This document shows, one piece after another, positions 10,793-20,446 of a stretch of DNA of 64,000 bases. Within the stretch, counting starts at the first letter, position 1, and each line of letters starts with the position of its first letter. The translations under genes were made by a program, and so were the position numbers. Origin of the DNA: a virus; IMG/VR virus record IMGVR_UViG_3300025789_000020. One strand, 5' to 3'. Under the pieces are notes generated by a model. That model was not told where the DNA came from, made no database searches, and worked only from the letters and a program-made list of their open reading frames with translations.

Positions 10793-13700
10793 ATGGCTCA
10801 ATTAAGTTCACCAGGCGTAAGCGTAACAGTTATAGATGAATCATTCTATACCCCAGCAGCCCCAGGTACCGTACCACTACTAGTAGTTGCTTCAGCAGAA
10901 AGCAAAATGAATGGCGCAGGTACTGGTATTGCACCGGGCACATTAAAAGCAAATGCTGGTAAAGTTTATTTACTAACAAGTCAAATGGACTTGTCAAACA
11001 CATTCGGTATTCCAAAGTTTTATACCGATGCAAACAATAACCCAATCCATGCTGGCGAACAGAATGAATACGGTTTAGAAGCTGCCTATAGCTTTTTAGG
11101 TGTAAGCAATCGAGCATATGTAGTACGTGCAGATTTAGATGTATCACAATTAACAGGCGAAACATCTGCTCCAGCAGGATTGCCAGCAGATGGCACATTC
11201 TGGTTTGACACAGCTGACAGTAAGTTTGGTGTGTTTGAGTGGAATTCAGCTGCCGCTACAGTAACTGGTGGCCAGACATTCCAAGAACAACAAAGCGTTG
11301 GCAGTCTATCTGTGATTACAGATAGCACTAAAATTAATAGTGGCACTGGTGCTCCTTTAACTAGTTACGGTGCAGTCGGTGAGTATGCTATCGTAGCAAC
11401 TACTACATTAAACAAATTATGGTTGAAAAAGTATCAAACAGATACAGCTGCCGGCACATGGGTTGCTGTTGGTTCTAGCGCATGGGCCGCAAGCTGGCCA
11501 GCTGCCACAGGTACTACATCAAGCCCAACATTGCTAACCAGCGATGCTATGGTAATCAATGGTTACTCTGTGACAGGTGCTACATCTTTAGCTACGTTTG
11601 TTACAGCAGTTGCCTCTCATGTAACTGGCGTTACTGCCGCAGTGATTAATGGTTACTTAAATCTTTATTCAACAGGTGTTGATATTGTTATTAGTGGTTC
11701 AACTTGTGCTAAAGTAGGTTTAACAGTTGGTACATATAAAGCTCCAGCAGTTACGTTAGCTCCACACTTTAACGTTCCATTATATCGTGCAAGCGATGTT
11801 CCATCGTCTGTTAACGGATACCCAACTGGATCAATTTGGGTTAAGACTACAGCAGTTAACAATGGTGCAGATTGGTTCATTAAGAAATACAATTCAGCAA
11901 CTAGTTCTTGGATTCAACAAACTGTTAAAATGTATGCTAACGGCCAAAGCGCATTGGCAGCATTAGATCCAACAGGCGGTGGTTTAAACCTAGCAGTTGG
12001 TGCAACTTATGTAAAATACAATGACGATGAACAAAGTCCAGCTTATGCTGATTTTAAGATTTATGGTCGTAGCGGCGTTGGCCCTACAAACATTACATCG
12101 TCTCCAATCGGAACTGGTACATTTACAGCAGGGTCTAACAGCTTTACTATACAAGAAAGTCTAGTAGGAAGCAGTACATTAAACAATGCAATTACTGTAA
12201 CATTTACAGCAGCCGGTACTACAGCAGACGTTAACACAATTTTAGGTGCAATTAACAGTGCGCTTGACTCAAGTGGTAACCCATTTGCTAATATTATTGC
12301 TACTAGCAATGCATCTGGTCAAATTACAATTACACATACTAAAGGTGGTGATTTCCGTATAGTAGACGGTGCAAATATGCCAATTGGTAAAGTGTTTAGC
12401 ATTGGTGTTACAGCTAACTTGTACGCTAATCCAGCTGGTACATCAAACGCATATGTAGCTAGTTTATGGACTCCAACAGTTAATGGTAGCGCATTTGCAG
12501 CCGCAAGTGATACACCTCCAACAACAACTCCAGCAAATGGCGTGTTGTGGTTTAACAGCTATCTTGATGATATTGATATCATGGTTAACAATGGTACTAC
12601 ATGGGTTGGTTACTTAAATTATAATCAGACATTAGGTAGTCAAAGTACAACCACTGATCCAATGGGACCAATGGTAACAGCTACACAACCAACAGTACAA
12701 AGCGATGGCACACCATTAGCTAATGGCGATCTATGGATTGACCCTAGCGATACTGAAAATTATCCACGCATTTACAAGTTTAACTTCTTGACTAAGAAAT
12801 GGGTATTGTTAGACAACAGCGATCAAACTACAGAAAACGGCGTATTGTTCCATGATGCACGTTGGAGTGTAGATGGTACAACTGGAACCCCAGCTAGTAT
12901 CGTTAGCTTGCTATCAACTAACTTTGTAGATTTTGACGCTCCAGATCCTGCATTATATCCAAAAGGTATGTTGCTATGGAACCTACGTCGTTCAGGTAAC
13001 AACGTATTGCGTTATGTATCTGGTTATGTTGATGTAACTGCACGTAACTTACGTTTTGGTAATGCATTGATGAACACATACTATCCAGATCGTTGGGTTA
13101 GCGATGCCGCTAATCAACCAAACGGTGCTGGTACATTTGGTCGTAAAGCACAACGTCAAGTTGTTCTACAAGCTCTTGGTGCAACAATTCAAAGCAACCA
13201 GCAGATTCGCGACACTGACAGCAGAATATTCAACTTAATTTCATGCCCTGGATATCCAGAAATGATGGCCGATTTAGTTGGATTGAATACTGATCGTGGC
13301 GAGACAGCATTTATTGTAGGTGACAGTCCTGCACGTTTAACACCAGATGCAACTTCATTAAGCAACTGGGGTAACAACGTTAACTCAGCAGTAGGTGACG
13401 GAGATCAAGGTTTAGTTACAACTAACGCATACTTAGGTGTTTACTATCCATGGGGTTACACAACTGATTTGATCGGTAATAACATTGTTGTTCCTCCAAG
13501 TCACATCATGTTACGTACAATCGCATTAAGCGACAACGTTTCTTATCCATGGTTTGCACCAGCTGGTGTACGTCGTGGTGGAATTACAAATGCGGCTTCA
13601 GTAGGTTATGTTGATCCAGTAACTGGCGAATTTAATTCAACAGCATTGAACATTGGCCAACGTGATACATTAGCTAGCATCCATGTTAATCCATTAACAT

Positions 13701-14089
13701 ATATTGGCGGAACTGGATTAGTATGTTACGGACAATACACACGCCAATTAGTGGCAAGTTCATTAGATCGTATTAACGTAGCACGTTTAGTAGTATATCT
13801 ACGTAGACAGTTAGCACAACTAGCTAAACCATACGTATTTGAACCAAACGACACAATTACACGTAATGAAATTAAACAAGCGGCAGAGGCATTACTATTA
13901 GAACTAGTAGGTCAACGTGCATTATATGACTTTATCGTAGTATGCGATACTTCAAATAACACACCAGACAGAATCGACCGCAACGAGCTATATCTAGATA
14001 TAGCGATTGAACCAGTTAAGTCAGTAGAATTTATTTACATTCCACTACGCTTAGAAAACACCGGCGCAATCAAAGGCCTTGGAAAATAA
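10793..14089 (+). CDS. gp18: Contractile tail sheath protein (gp18-like), unusually long
   Basis: Start MAQLSSPGVSV after GGAG; C-terminal YYPW, WFAPAG..RG, LDRINVARL, FEPND, EFIYI sheath motifs. Confidence 0.93.
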   Translation: MAQLSSPGVSVTVIDESFYTPAAPGTVPLLVVASAESKMNGAGTGIAPGTLKANAGKVYLLTSQMDLSNTFGIPKFYTDANNNPIHAGEQNEYGLEAAYSFLGVSNRAYVVRADLDVSQLTGETSAPAGLPADGTFWFDTADSKFGVFEWNSAAATVTGGQTFQEQQSVGSLSVITDSTKINSGTGAPLTSYGAVGEYAIVATTTLNKLWLKKYQTDTAAGTWVAVGSSAWAASWPAATGTTSSPTLLTSDAMVINGYSVTGATSLATFVTAVASHVTGVTAAVINGYLNLYSTGVDIVISGSTCAKVGLTVGTYKAPAVTLAPHFNVPLYRASDVPSSVNGYPTGSIWVKTTAVNNGADWFIKKYNSATSSWIQQTVKMYANGQSALAALDPTGGGLNLAVGATYVKYNDDEQSPAYADFKIYGRSGVGPTNITSSPIGTGTFTAGSNSFTIQESLVGSSTLNNAITVTFTAAGTTADVNTILGAINSALDSSGNPFANIIATSNASGQITITHTKGGDFRIVDGANMPIGKVFSIGVTANLYANPAGTSNAYVASLWTPTVNGSAFAAASDTPPTTTPANGVLWFNSYLDDIDIMVNNGTTWVGYLNYNQTLGSQSTTTDPMGPMVTATQPTVQSDGTPLANGDLWIDPSDTENYPRIYKFNFLTKKWVLLDNSDQTTENGVLFHDARWSVDGTTGTPASIVSLLSTNFVDFDAPDPALYPKGMLLWNLRRSGNNVLRYVSGYVDVTARNLRFGNALMNTYYPDRWVSDAANQPNGAGTFGRKAQRQVVLQALGATIQSNQQIRDTDSRIFNLISCPGYPEMMADLVGLNTDRGETAFIVGDSPARLTPDATSLSNWGNNVNSAVGDGDQGLVTTNAYLGVYYPWGYTTDLIGNNIVVPPSHIMLRTIALSDNVSYPWFAPAGVRRGGITNAASVGYVDPVTGEFNSTALNIGQRDTLASIHVNPLTYIGGTGLVCYGQYTRQLVASSLDRINVARLVVYLRRQLAQLAKPYVFEPNDTITRNEIKQAAEALLLELVGQRALYDFIVVCDTSNNTPDRIDRNELYLDIAIEPVKSVEFIYIPLRLENTGAIKGLGK

Positions 14090-14103
14090 TTAGGAGATAT
14101 TAA

Positions 14104-14727
14104 ATGTCAATCGCAGCCTTATCAAGATTTACAGTACCATTAGCGTCTGATCAAAGCGCCGCTTCACAAGGCCAATTAATGCCTAAGTTGAAGTATCGCT
14201 TTAGATTAAACTTTGAAAACTTTGGTGTAAGTGGTAGCACAACAGAGATGACTAAGCAAGTTGCAGAAGCGGCTCGCCCAAGTGTTGAGTTTGAAAATCA
14301 AACCATTGATGTCTATAACAGCAGAATTTACTATGCTGGTAAGACTAAATGGGGTCCAATTACTATTAAACTACGTGACGATGTATTAGGTAACGTTAGT
14401 AAATTAGTTGGCGAACAAAATCAACGACAGTTTGACTTCTTTGAACAATCTAGTGCGGCATCTGGTGGTGACTATAAGTTTACACTACGTATTGAAATGC
14501 TAGACGGCGGTAATGGTGCCGAAGCTCCTAACGTATTAGAAACATGGGAACTATATGGTTGCTATCTACAGAAAACTAACTGGAATGATATTAAGTATTC
14601 TGATCAAACTCCAGTAATGATTGACCTAACTATTCAGTATGACAATGCTGTTCAGAAGGGTGCAACAGCTGGTTTAGGTACCCCAGGATTTGTACAAACA
14701 CGTGGCACAAACTCACTAGGTTCTTAA
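14104..14727 (+). CDS. gp19: Tail tube protein (gp19-like)
   Basis: Follows sheath; PKLKYRFR, YYAGK..W..ITI, ETWELYGC, LTIQYD. Confidence 0.85.
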   Translation: MSIAALSRFTVPLASDQSAASQGQLMPKLKYRFRLNFENFGVSGSTTEMTKQVAEAARPSVEFENQTIDVYNSRIYYAGKTKWGPITIKLRDDVLGNVSKLVGEQNQRQFDFFEQSSAASGGDYKFTLRIEMLDGGNGAEAPNVLETWELYGCYLQKTNWNDIKYSDQTPVMIDLTIQYDNAVQKGATAGLGTPGFVQTRGTNSLGS

Positions 14728-14732
14728 TAATA

Positions 14733-14754
14733 AAAACCCACTTAGGTGGGTTTT
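14733..14754 (+). terminator. Intrinsic terminator
   Basis: AAAACCCAC-TTAG-GTGGGTTTT hairpin after tail tube. Confidence 0.8.
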
Positions 14755-14804
14755 ATTATAGATGATCATTAAGTACGTAGTTTATTTTTTTAATAAATAT
14801 TATT

Positions 14805-15797
14805 ATGGCCTTTACCGCAACTAATAATTTAAAATCTGATCCTGTTATCAATCTTAGAGATTGGCAACATGCTGCCAAACTGTTTGCTGATAATCAGTTT
14901 AGGCTTGCCCCTAAACTTGACTTTCAGTTCCATGTAGCATTTAGTGTAAACAAAGCGGCACTAAGAAATCCAGAGCTTGTACAAAGATATTCTAACGAAA
15001 TTAATATGTTGGTTAAGAATGTAACTTTACCTAAATTTTCAGTTAGTGTAGATAGTGTAAATCAATATAATAGAAAAAAGAACGCACAATTTCATATTAA
15101 TCCCGAAGATGTTACTATTGCATTTCACGATGATAACATGGGATTAATTAATCAGTTGTGGCAAAATTACTATACCTATTACTACGCAGATCCAACTAGT
15201 GCATCAACAGCAGGAGCATATAATCGAAATGCTACTCGTAGCAGTGATTATATTACTACACCCTATGGCTTAGATAATAAAAGTACAAATCCATTTTTTA
15301 ATTACATTACAATTTATCAAATGGCAAGACACGAGTATATTAGCCTTAAATTAATTAATCCTATTATTAAAACTTGGAATGGAAACAGTTTAGATTATTC
15401 TAAAACTACTACACACGATTTTACCATGCAACTTGCATATGAAGCAGTAACTTATGGTAATGGTGTTGTGACTGCAGGAGATCCAGAAGGATTTGGTTTA
15501 GAACACTATGACACTACTCCTAGTCCATTGCAAGGTATTAATCCTGACCCAACAATAATTCATCCAAGTTTTGTTAATAATTTAAATTCAACAAGTGTAG
15601 CAGTATCAACCCTTAATAATACTATTAACACTATAAACAGCTATCAAAATACACAAGTTCCCCCAACTGCAGGAACTCCCGGACTAACAACTGCCTCTCA
15701 ATTGCAAACTATTAGCGGTGTGCCTGGCGTAGTTTTTCCAGTAGCAAGTAATTCTACAAATACAACAGTAGCCACACCTACAAAATTAGGGGCATAA
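14805..15797 (+). CDS. Tail-tube-like baseplate protein (gp48/gp54-like)
   Basis: LVKNVTLPKF, VTIAFHDD, LINPII, LAYE tube-fold motifs; position after gp19. Confidence 0.55.
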   Translation: MAFTATNNLKSDPVINLRDWQHAAKLFADNQFRLAPKLDFQFHVAFSVNKAALRNPELVQRYSNEINMLVKNVTLPKFSVSVDSVNQYNRKKNAQFHINPEDVTIAFHDDNMGLINQLWQNYYTYYYADPTSASTAGAYNRNATRSSDYITTPYGLDNKSTNPFFNYITIYQMARHEYISLKLINPIIKTWNGNSLDYSKTTTHDFTMQLAYEAVTYGNGVVTAGDPEGFGLEHYDTTPSPLQGINPDPTIIHPSFVNNLNSTSVAVSTLNNTINTINSYQNTQVPPTAGTPGLTTASQLQTISGVPGVVFPVASNSTNTTVATPTKLGA

Positions 15798-15800
15798 CAC

Positions 15801-16172
15801 ATGAGCATTAGTATAAATTTACCTCCACCACAAAATACAACAGTTCAAGATGTAAGAACATTTTTTGATAATTATTTTGTTGCGCCTGTTAGTTTTCCAG
15901 CAAATGAAATTGACAGCACAGTTGCATTTTTTACTAAACGAGGATTTGATAAGTCAAGCGCATCTAGTACAACTATTGTAATGTTAAATCAAGCAAGGAT
16001 TGACGGAGTTAGTGTATTTCAATTGTTAGACATGTTGAAGTCATTAACTGATATTCAGCTTGGGCAAGTAGTAGCACAAATTTTAAATAGCTATAGAGAA
16101 AAAACAAGTATCCTTGGTTACAAGATAGCAACTGTTGAAAATAGTTACGAAGCACGTAATATTTTAGTATAA
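15801..16172 (+). CDS. Hypothetical protein (probably structural)
   Basis: Clean ORF coupled in the late operon. Confidence 0.6.
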   Translation: MSISINLPPPQNTTVQDVRTFFDNYFVAPVSFPANEIDSTVAFFTKRGFDKSSASSTTIVMLNQARIDGVSVFQLLDMLKSLTDIQLGQVVAQILNSYREKTSILGYKIATVENSYEARNILV

Positions 16173-16173
16173 C

Positions 16174-16602
16174 ATGGCTAAGTTTGCACGGGGAAAGTTT
16201 GTGATGAAAAACCCAGCAAAGTATGTTGGGACAAAACTTCCTACATACCGAAGCAGTTGGGAGTGGACATTTATGAGATTCTGCGATGAAAATGATAGAG
16301 TACATAAATGGGCAAGTGAAGCTATACAAATACCCTATAGAGATCCGTTAACTGGTCGTCAAACGATATACGTTCCTGATTTTTTCATACAATATCTTGA
16401 CAAGTTTAACAAATTAATTGTTGAATTAATTGAGATTAAACCTGCTAGCCAAACTATTTTAGAACGTGTAGGCAAGAACAAATACAACCAAGCTCAGTTT
16501 GTCAAGAATCAAGCTAAATGGGCTGCCGCTAATATATGGTGTAAACAGCAAGGCATCAAGTTTCGTATTCTTAATGAAAATGATATATTCAGCCAAACGT
16601 AA
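16174..16602 (+). CDS. gp4: Head completion nuclease (T4 gp4-like, TnsA-type PD-(D/E)xK)
   Basis: NPAKY.G, YRSSWE, WASE...IPY, YVPDF, IEIKP, NQAKW.AA. Confidence 0.88.
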   Translation: MAKFARGKFVMKNPAKYVGTKLPTYRSSWEWTFMRFCDENDRVHKWASEAIQIPYRDPLTGRQTIYVPDFFIQYLDKFNKLIVELIEIKPASQTILERVGKNKYNQAQFVKNQAKWAAANIWCKQQGIKFRILNENDIFSQT

Positions 16603-16616
16603 GGCTAAGTAATGTT

Positions 16617-17102
16617 ATGACTAAGAAACTTGAAGAACTATTAAATCTTCCTGCTAGTAAAGAAGTTATTAAGCAAGAAGAAAAAAAGAAGAAAAAAGAG
16701 CTAGTTGATGCACAGCCGTTGCTTCGCGACATTAGCGAATTTGATAAAATATCTGCTGCCTTACCTGCTGTAAAAGGGTTAGGTGATATGGCTGACAGCG
16801 AGCTTGATGATCTAGCTAAACGTGCGGTAGATGCCTACGAAGATATTATGGATCTAGGTATGAACGTAGAAGCTAGATACAGTGGACGATTGTTTGAAGT
16901 AGCCGCAAGTATGCTAGGTAATGCTATTACTGCCAAGACTGCTAAATTAGACAAAAAACTAAAAATGATTGATCTACAGCTGAAAAAACAGAAATTAGAT
17001 CAGGATGCCGCAGGTATAGATGATAGTGTTAACATTCATGGTGATGGTGTTATTATTACTGATCGTAACAGCTTGTTGGAAAAATTAAAGAATTTAAAAT
17101 AA
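16617..17102 (+). CDS. Hypothetical helical protein, possible terminase small subunit
   Basis: Size, helical composition and RLFEVAA.ML pattern; upstream of large terminase. Confidence 0.4.
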   Translation: MTKKLEELLNLPASKEVIKQEEKKKKKELVDAQPLLRDISEFDKISAALPAVKGLGDMADSELDDLAKRAVDAYEDIMDLGMNVEARYSGRLFEVAASMLGNAITAKTAKLDKKLKMIDLQLKKQKLDQDAAGIDDSVNIHGDGVIITDRNSLLEKLKNLK

Positions 17103-17123
17103 ATACTACATCAGGAATTGACT

Positions 17124-17786
17124 ATGAAATCATTTAAACAATACTTAACAGAAAATCAAAAACGCTACGAATTTAAGATTAAAATTGCTTGCGATTGCCC
17201 TAAGGATTGCCCTAGCAAGATCAAAGGAGCACTAGCAGAGTTTGGCGTACAATCTGTATCTAGTGGCAAGTCATCTCCTATCCAAGCAATGCACACTGAA
17301 TTTCCAGAACATAAAAATATTTCTGTAACAATTTTTGATGCTGTTACTAGCTACCCTGCAACTAGCAAACAAGTGCATGATAAAGTAGCTCATTTATTAA
17401 ATATTCCGCAAAGTGATATACGTGTTCATAACGAACAAGAGCAAGCAGAGATTGAACTTAATCATGCAAATGACGAACCAACAGGCGATGCAGTTGTTGG
17501 TACTGATTACGAAAAAGTTAATCATCAAGATTTAGTAGGCGAGAAAAGAAAGTTTAGTTTGTTAAAAGACTTAGGCAAAGCAAGACACTTACCTGAGCAG
17601 TACAAAGGGGTTAATGATCCTCTGTTCCCAAAAGCAAAAAAATCTAAAGAACAACCAGAACAACCAAAAGTTACACAAAAACAAGGAATGACAAGTCCTG
17701 TTGGAACTAAAAAGGTTAAATTAACCCCATACGCTGACAGCGTACATAACAGCTTAAATGTCGCTGCCAAAGGAAAAGTAAAATGA
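17124..17786 (+). CDS. Hypothetical protein, putative internal head protein
   Basis: N-terminus MKSFKQYLTE resembles a T4 capsid-targeting peptide; TAAATA late box upstream. Confidence 0.5.
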   Translation: MKSFKQYLTENQKRYEFKIKIACDCPKDCPSKIKGALAEFGVQSVSSGKSSPIQAMHTEFPEHKNISVTIFDAVTSYPATSKQVHDKVAHLLNIPQSDIRVHNEQEQAEIELNHANDEPTGDAVVGTDYEKVNHQDLVGEKRKFSLLKDLGKARHLPEQYKGVNDPLFPKAKKSKEQPEQPKVTQKQGMTSPVGTKKVKLTPYADSVHNSLNVAAKGKVK

Positions 17787-18763
17787 ACTTTACAGACTTA
17801 TATGCAAAAATTCGTGCGTTAGATGAGAATTTAACAGTACATCCAGTACCAGCTGGAGCAAGCAGTCCAGAAGAAGCTAAACGCCTAGGCGCCTTAGAAC
17901 CTCAATCTGCAGAAACTCCTCCTAAAGCTCCTGAGCATACTGACGGACAGCCTGCTCAAGAAGAAATTATCAGCTTAGGCGGCCCAATGCCAAGCGGAAT
18001 GATGGGAATGCCACATCATCAAGAAGATTCGGTGACAATGAATGTAAGTATGAACGGAAGTGGCCCCGGCGGCATTAGTGACTTGATGAAAATTTTGCGC
18101 AATATCGAAAGCGGTGAAGAGCATGGTCATGAACCAATTGTTAGCGAGCCACATTCAGCAGATGGCGAAGTTGACATTGAACTAGATGAACAGCACGGTG
18201 ATGCTATTGATGCGGACAAAGGTACTCGTATTAAAAATAGACCACATCGTGTTACCTATGGCATTGATGCTGTTACTAAACATGGTAACGACATGCATAG
18301 CAAAGGTGATATTAGAAGCCGAAAAGTTAATGGCGGTGAAAACCCAATGCACGAGTCATTAGTAAATCGTCTATCACAAATGTATGCCGCTATTAAAGAA
18401 GAGCGTACAGAAGAAAAAGACGAACACGGTAATGTTACAAAGTGGAAAGAAGAAACTCCATGGCGCAAAGCACAAGACAAAGACGGTCGCGGTAAAGTAA
18501 CTAATATGAGCGATAAAGCTCGTCGTGAAAGTGAAAAAATGGCCAAGAAAGATGTAAAAGAAAACGCTCATCACGATGATGATGAAGAGAAAAAGATTCG
18601 TCACCTAATGCGAAAATACGGCTGGAGTCGTCAAGAGGCATTAGAGTACTTCCACTATGAAAAACATGACCCTAAAGATTATGAAAATATGGAAGAATCA
18701 TCTGAAAAACGTACTATAACTCGTGCCGCCAAAGGTGTTATGAAGTATAACAAATATGATTAA
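17783..18763 (+). CDS. Hypothetical acidic/His-rich protein, putative internal head or scaffold protein
   Basis: Low-complexity, charged; coupled to previous ORF. Confidence 0.5.
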   Translation: MNFTDLYAKIRALDENLTVHPVPAGASSPEEAKRLGALEPQSAETPPKAPEHTDGQPAQEEIISLGGPMPSGMMGMPHHQEDSVTMNVSMNGSGPGGISDLMKILRNIESGEEHGHEPIVSEPHSADGEVDIELDEQHGDAIDADKGTRIKNRPHRVTYGIDAVTKHGNDMHSKGDIRSRKVNGGENPMHESLVNRLSQMYAAIKEERTEEKDEHGNVTKWKEETPWRKAQDKDGRGKVTNMSDKARRESEKMAKKDVKENAHHDDDEEKKIRHLMRKYGWSRQEALEYFHYEKHDPKDYENMEESSEKRTITRAAKGVMKYNKYD

Positions 18764-18798
18764 GTTTCGTCGCAGTTAGCACTCTGTCCGATAGTGCC

Positions 18799-18826
18799 AA
18801 ATAGACCCTCCGGGGTCTATTTTTTT
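18799..18826 (+). terminator. Intrinsic terminator
   Basis: AAATAGACCC-TCCG-GGGTCTATTT followed by T-run. Confidence 0.85.
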
Positions 18827-18840
18827 GAGTAAATAACATT

Positions 18841-20436
18841 ATGGCAAAATCACTAGACGGCGTCTTAACTAAAAAGGCGCACACTAAAGAATCGTTCACT
18901 GAAGAACAAGTACAGCACTTGTTAGCGTGTGCTGACCCCGCCACGGGGTACTTGCACTTTGCCCAAAACTTCTTTTACATACAGCATCCTGTTAAAGGCA
19001 AAATGTTGTTTGAGCCTTATGAATATCAAATAGGGCTACTTAACAGTTATCATGATTTTCGATTCAATGTAAACATGCTACCGCGTCAAAGTGGTAAGAC
19101 AACTTGTGCTTCAGCATATTTGCTATGGTATGCTATGTTTCATCCAGATCAAACTATTCTAGTTGCCGCACACAAATACACAGGCTCACAAGAAATTATG
19201 CAACGTATCCGTTACGGATATGAACTATGTCCTGATTATATACGGTCGGGCGTGGTTAACTATAACAAAGGGAGTATTGAATTTGACAACGGATCTAGAA
19301 TTGTATCAGCTACTACTACTGGTAATACCGGTCGTGGTATGTCCATATCCTTATTATATTGTGACGAGTTTGCCTTCGTACAGCCTAACATTGCTGAAGA
19401 GTTTTGGACTTCAATATCACCAACACTAGCAACTGGTGGACGAGCAATTATTACTTCAACACCTAACTCAGACGAAGATACGTTTGCTATTATCTGGAAA
19501 GAGTCACAGGATTTGTTTGACGAGTTTGGTAACGAAAATAAAGAAGGAACTGGGCGTAATGGATTCCACGGTTATCGTGCCGAGTGGGGCGATCATCCAG
19601 ATCGTGATGAAGCATGGAAGAAAGTTGAATTAGGTCGTATCGGAGAAGAACGTTTCCGTCGTGAATACGGCTGCGAATTCTTGGTATACGATGAAACACT
19701 GATCAACAGTATTAAACTTGCAGAGCTTGTAGGAAAAGAACCATCATTCCGTATGGGGCAAGTACGATGGTATAAAAAACCCACACCTGGAAACTTGTAT
19801 GTAGCGGCACTTGATCCTAGTTTAGGCACAGGTGGAGATTATGCGGCAATTGAAGTATTTGAATTACCCAGTATGATACAGGTAGCAGAATGGCAACATA
19901 ATTTAACAATCATACAAGATCAAGTAAAAATATTTAAAGATTTATTAAAATACATTCAAGACGAGCTTGGTCAAGATCACCCTAACAGCATTTATTGGTC
20001 TTGTGAAAATAACACAGTTGGTGAGGCGGCACTAGTTGTTATTAAGGATTTAGGAGAAGAAAACTTCCCTGGATTGTTTGTATCAGAACCTGTGCGTAAA
20101 GGGCATGTTCGTAAATTCCGTAAAGGATTTAACACTACATTTGGTAATAAAATATCAGCATGTTCGAGAGTAAAGTACTTAATTGAGGAAGATAAGATGA
20201 AAATTCACAGTCGACCTTTACTAAGTGAACTTAAAACATTTATTGCTTCGGGTACTAGTTTTAAAGCAAAAACAGGGCAACATGATGACCTAGTTTCAGC
20301 GTTATTGCTAGTTATACGCATGACTGTAGTATTATCAGAATGGGATCCTAGAGTATTTGAAACTCTCAGCATAAATTCACACTTAGAAGAAGATTGGGAA
20401 GCTCCGCTCCCGATATTTGTTTCTAGTAATATCTAA
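18841..20436 (+). CDS. gp17: Terminase large subunit (gp17-like)
   Basis: Walker A PRQSGKTT, Walker B LLYCDEFAF, TSTPN, nuclease ALDP and HDDLV. Confidence 0.95.
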   Translation: MAKSLDGVLTKKAHTKESFTEEQVQHLLACADPATGYLHFAQNFFYIQHPVKGKMLFEPYEYQIGLLNSYHDFRFNVNMLPRQSGKTTCASAYLLWYAMFHPDQTILVAAHKYTGSQEIMQRIRYGYELCPDYIRSGVVNYNKGSIEFDNGSRIVSATTTGNTGRGMSISLLYCDEFAFVQPNIAEEFWTSISPTLATGGRAIITSTPNSDEDTFAIIWKESQDLFDEFGNENKEGTGRNGFHGYRAEWGDHPDRDEAWKKVELGRIGEERFRREYGCEFLVYDETLINSIKLAELVGKEPSFRMGQVRWYKKPTPGNLYVAALDPSLGTGGDYAAIEVFELPSMIQVAEWQHNLTIIQDQVKIFKDLLKYIQDELGQDHPNSIYWSCENNTVGEAALVVIKDLGEENFPGLFVSEPVRKGHVRKFRKGFNTTFGNKISACSRVKYLIEEDKMKIHSRPLLSELKTFIASGTSFKAKTGQHDDLVSALLLVIRMTVVLSEWDPRVFETLSINSHLEEDWEAPLPIFVSSNI

Positions 20437-20446
20437 TAAATATAAG

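Noticed and set aside
18764-18798. Short GCACT/AGTGC stem before the terminator upstream of terminase
   Set aside because: Too short to distinguish from chance without homologue alignment
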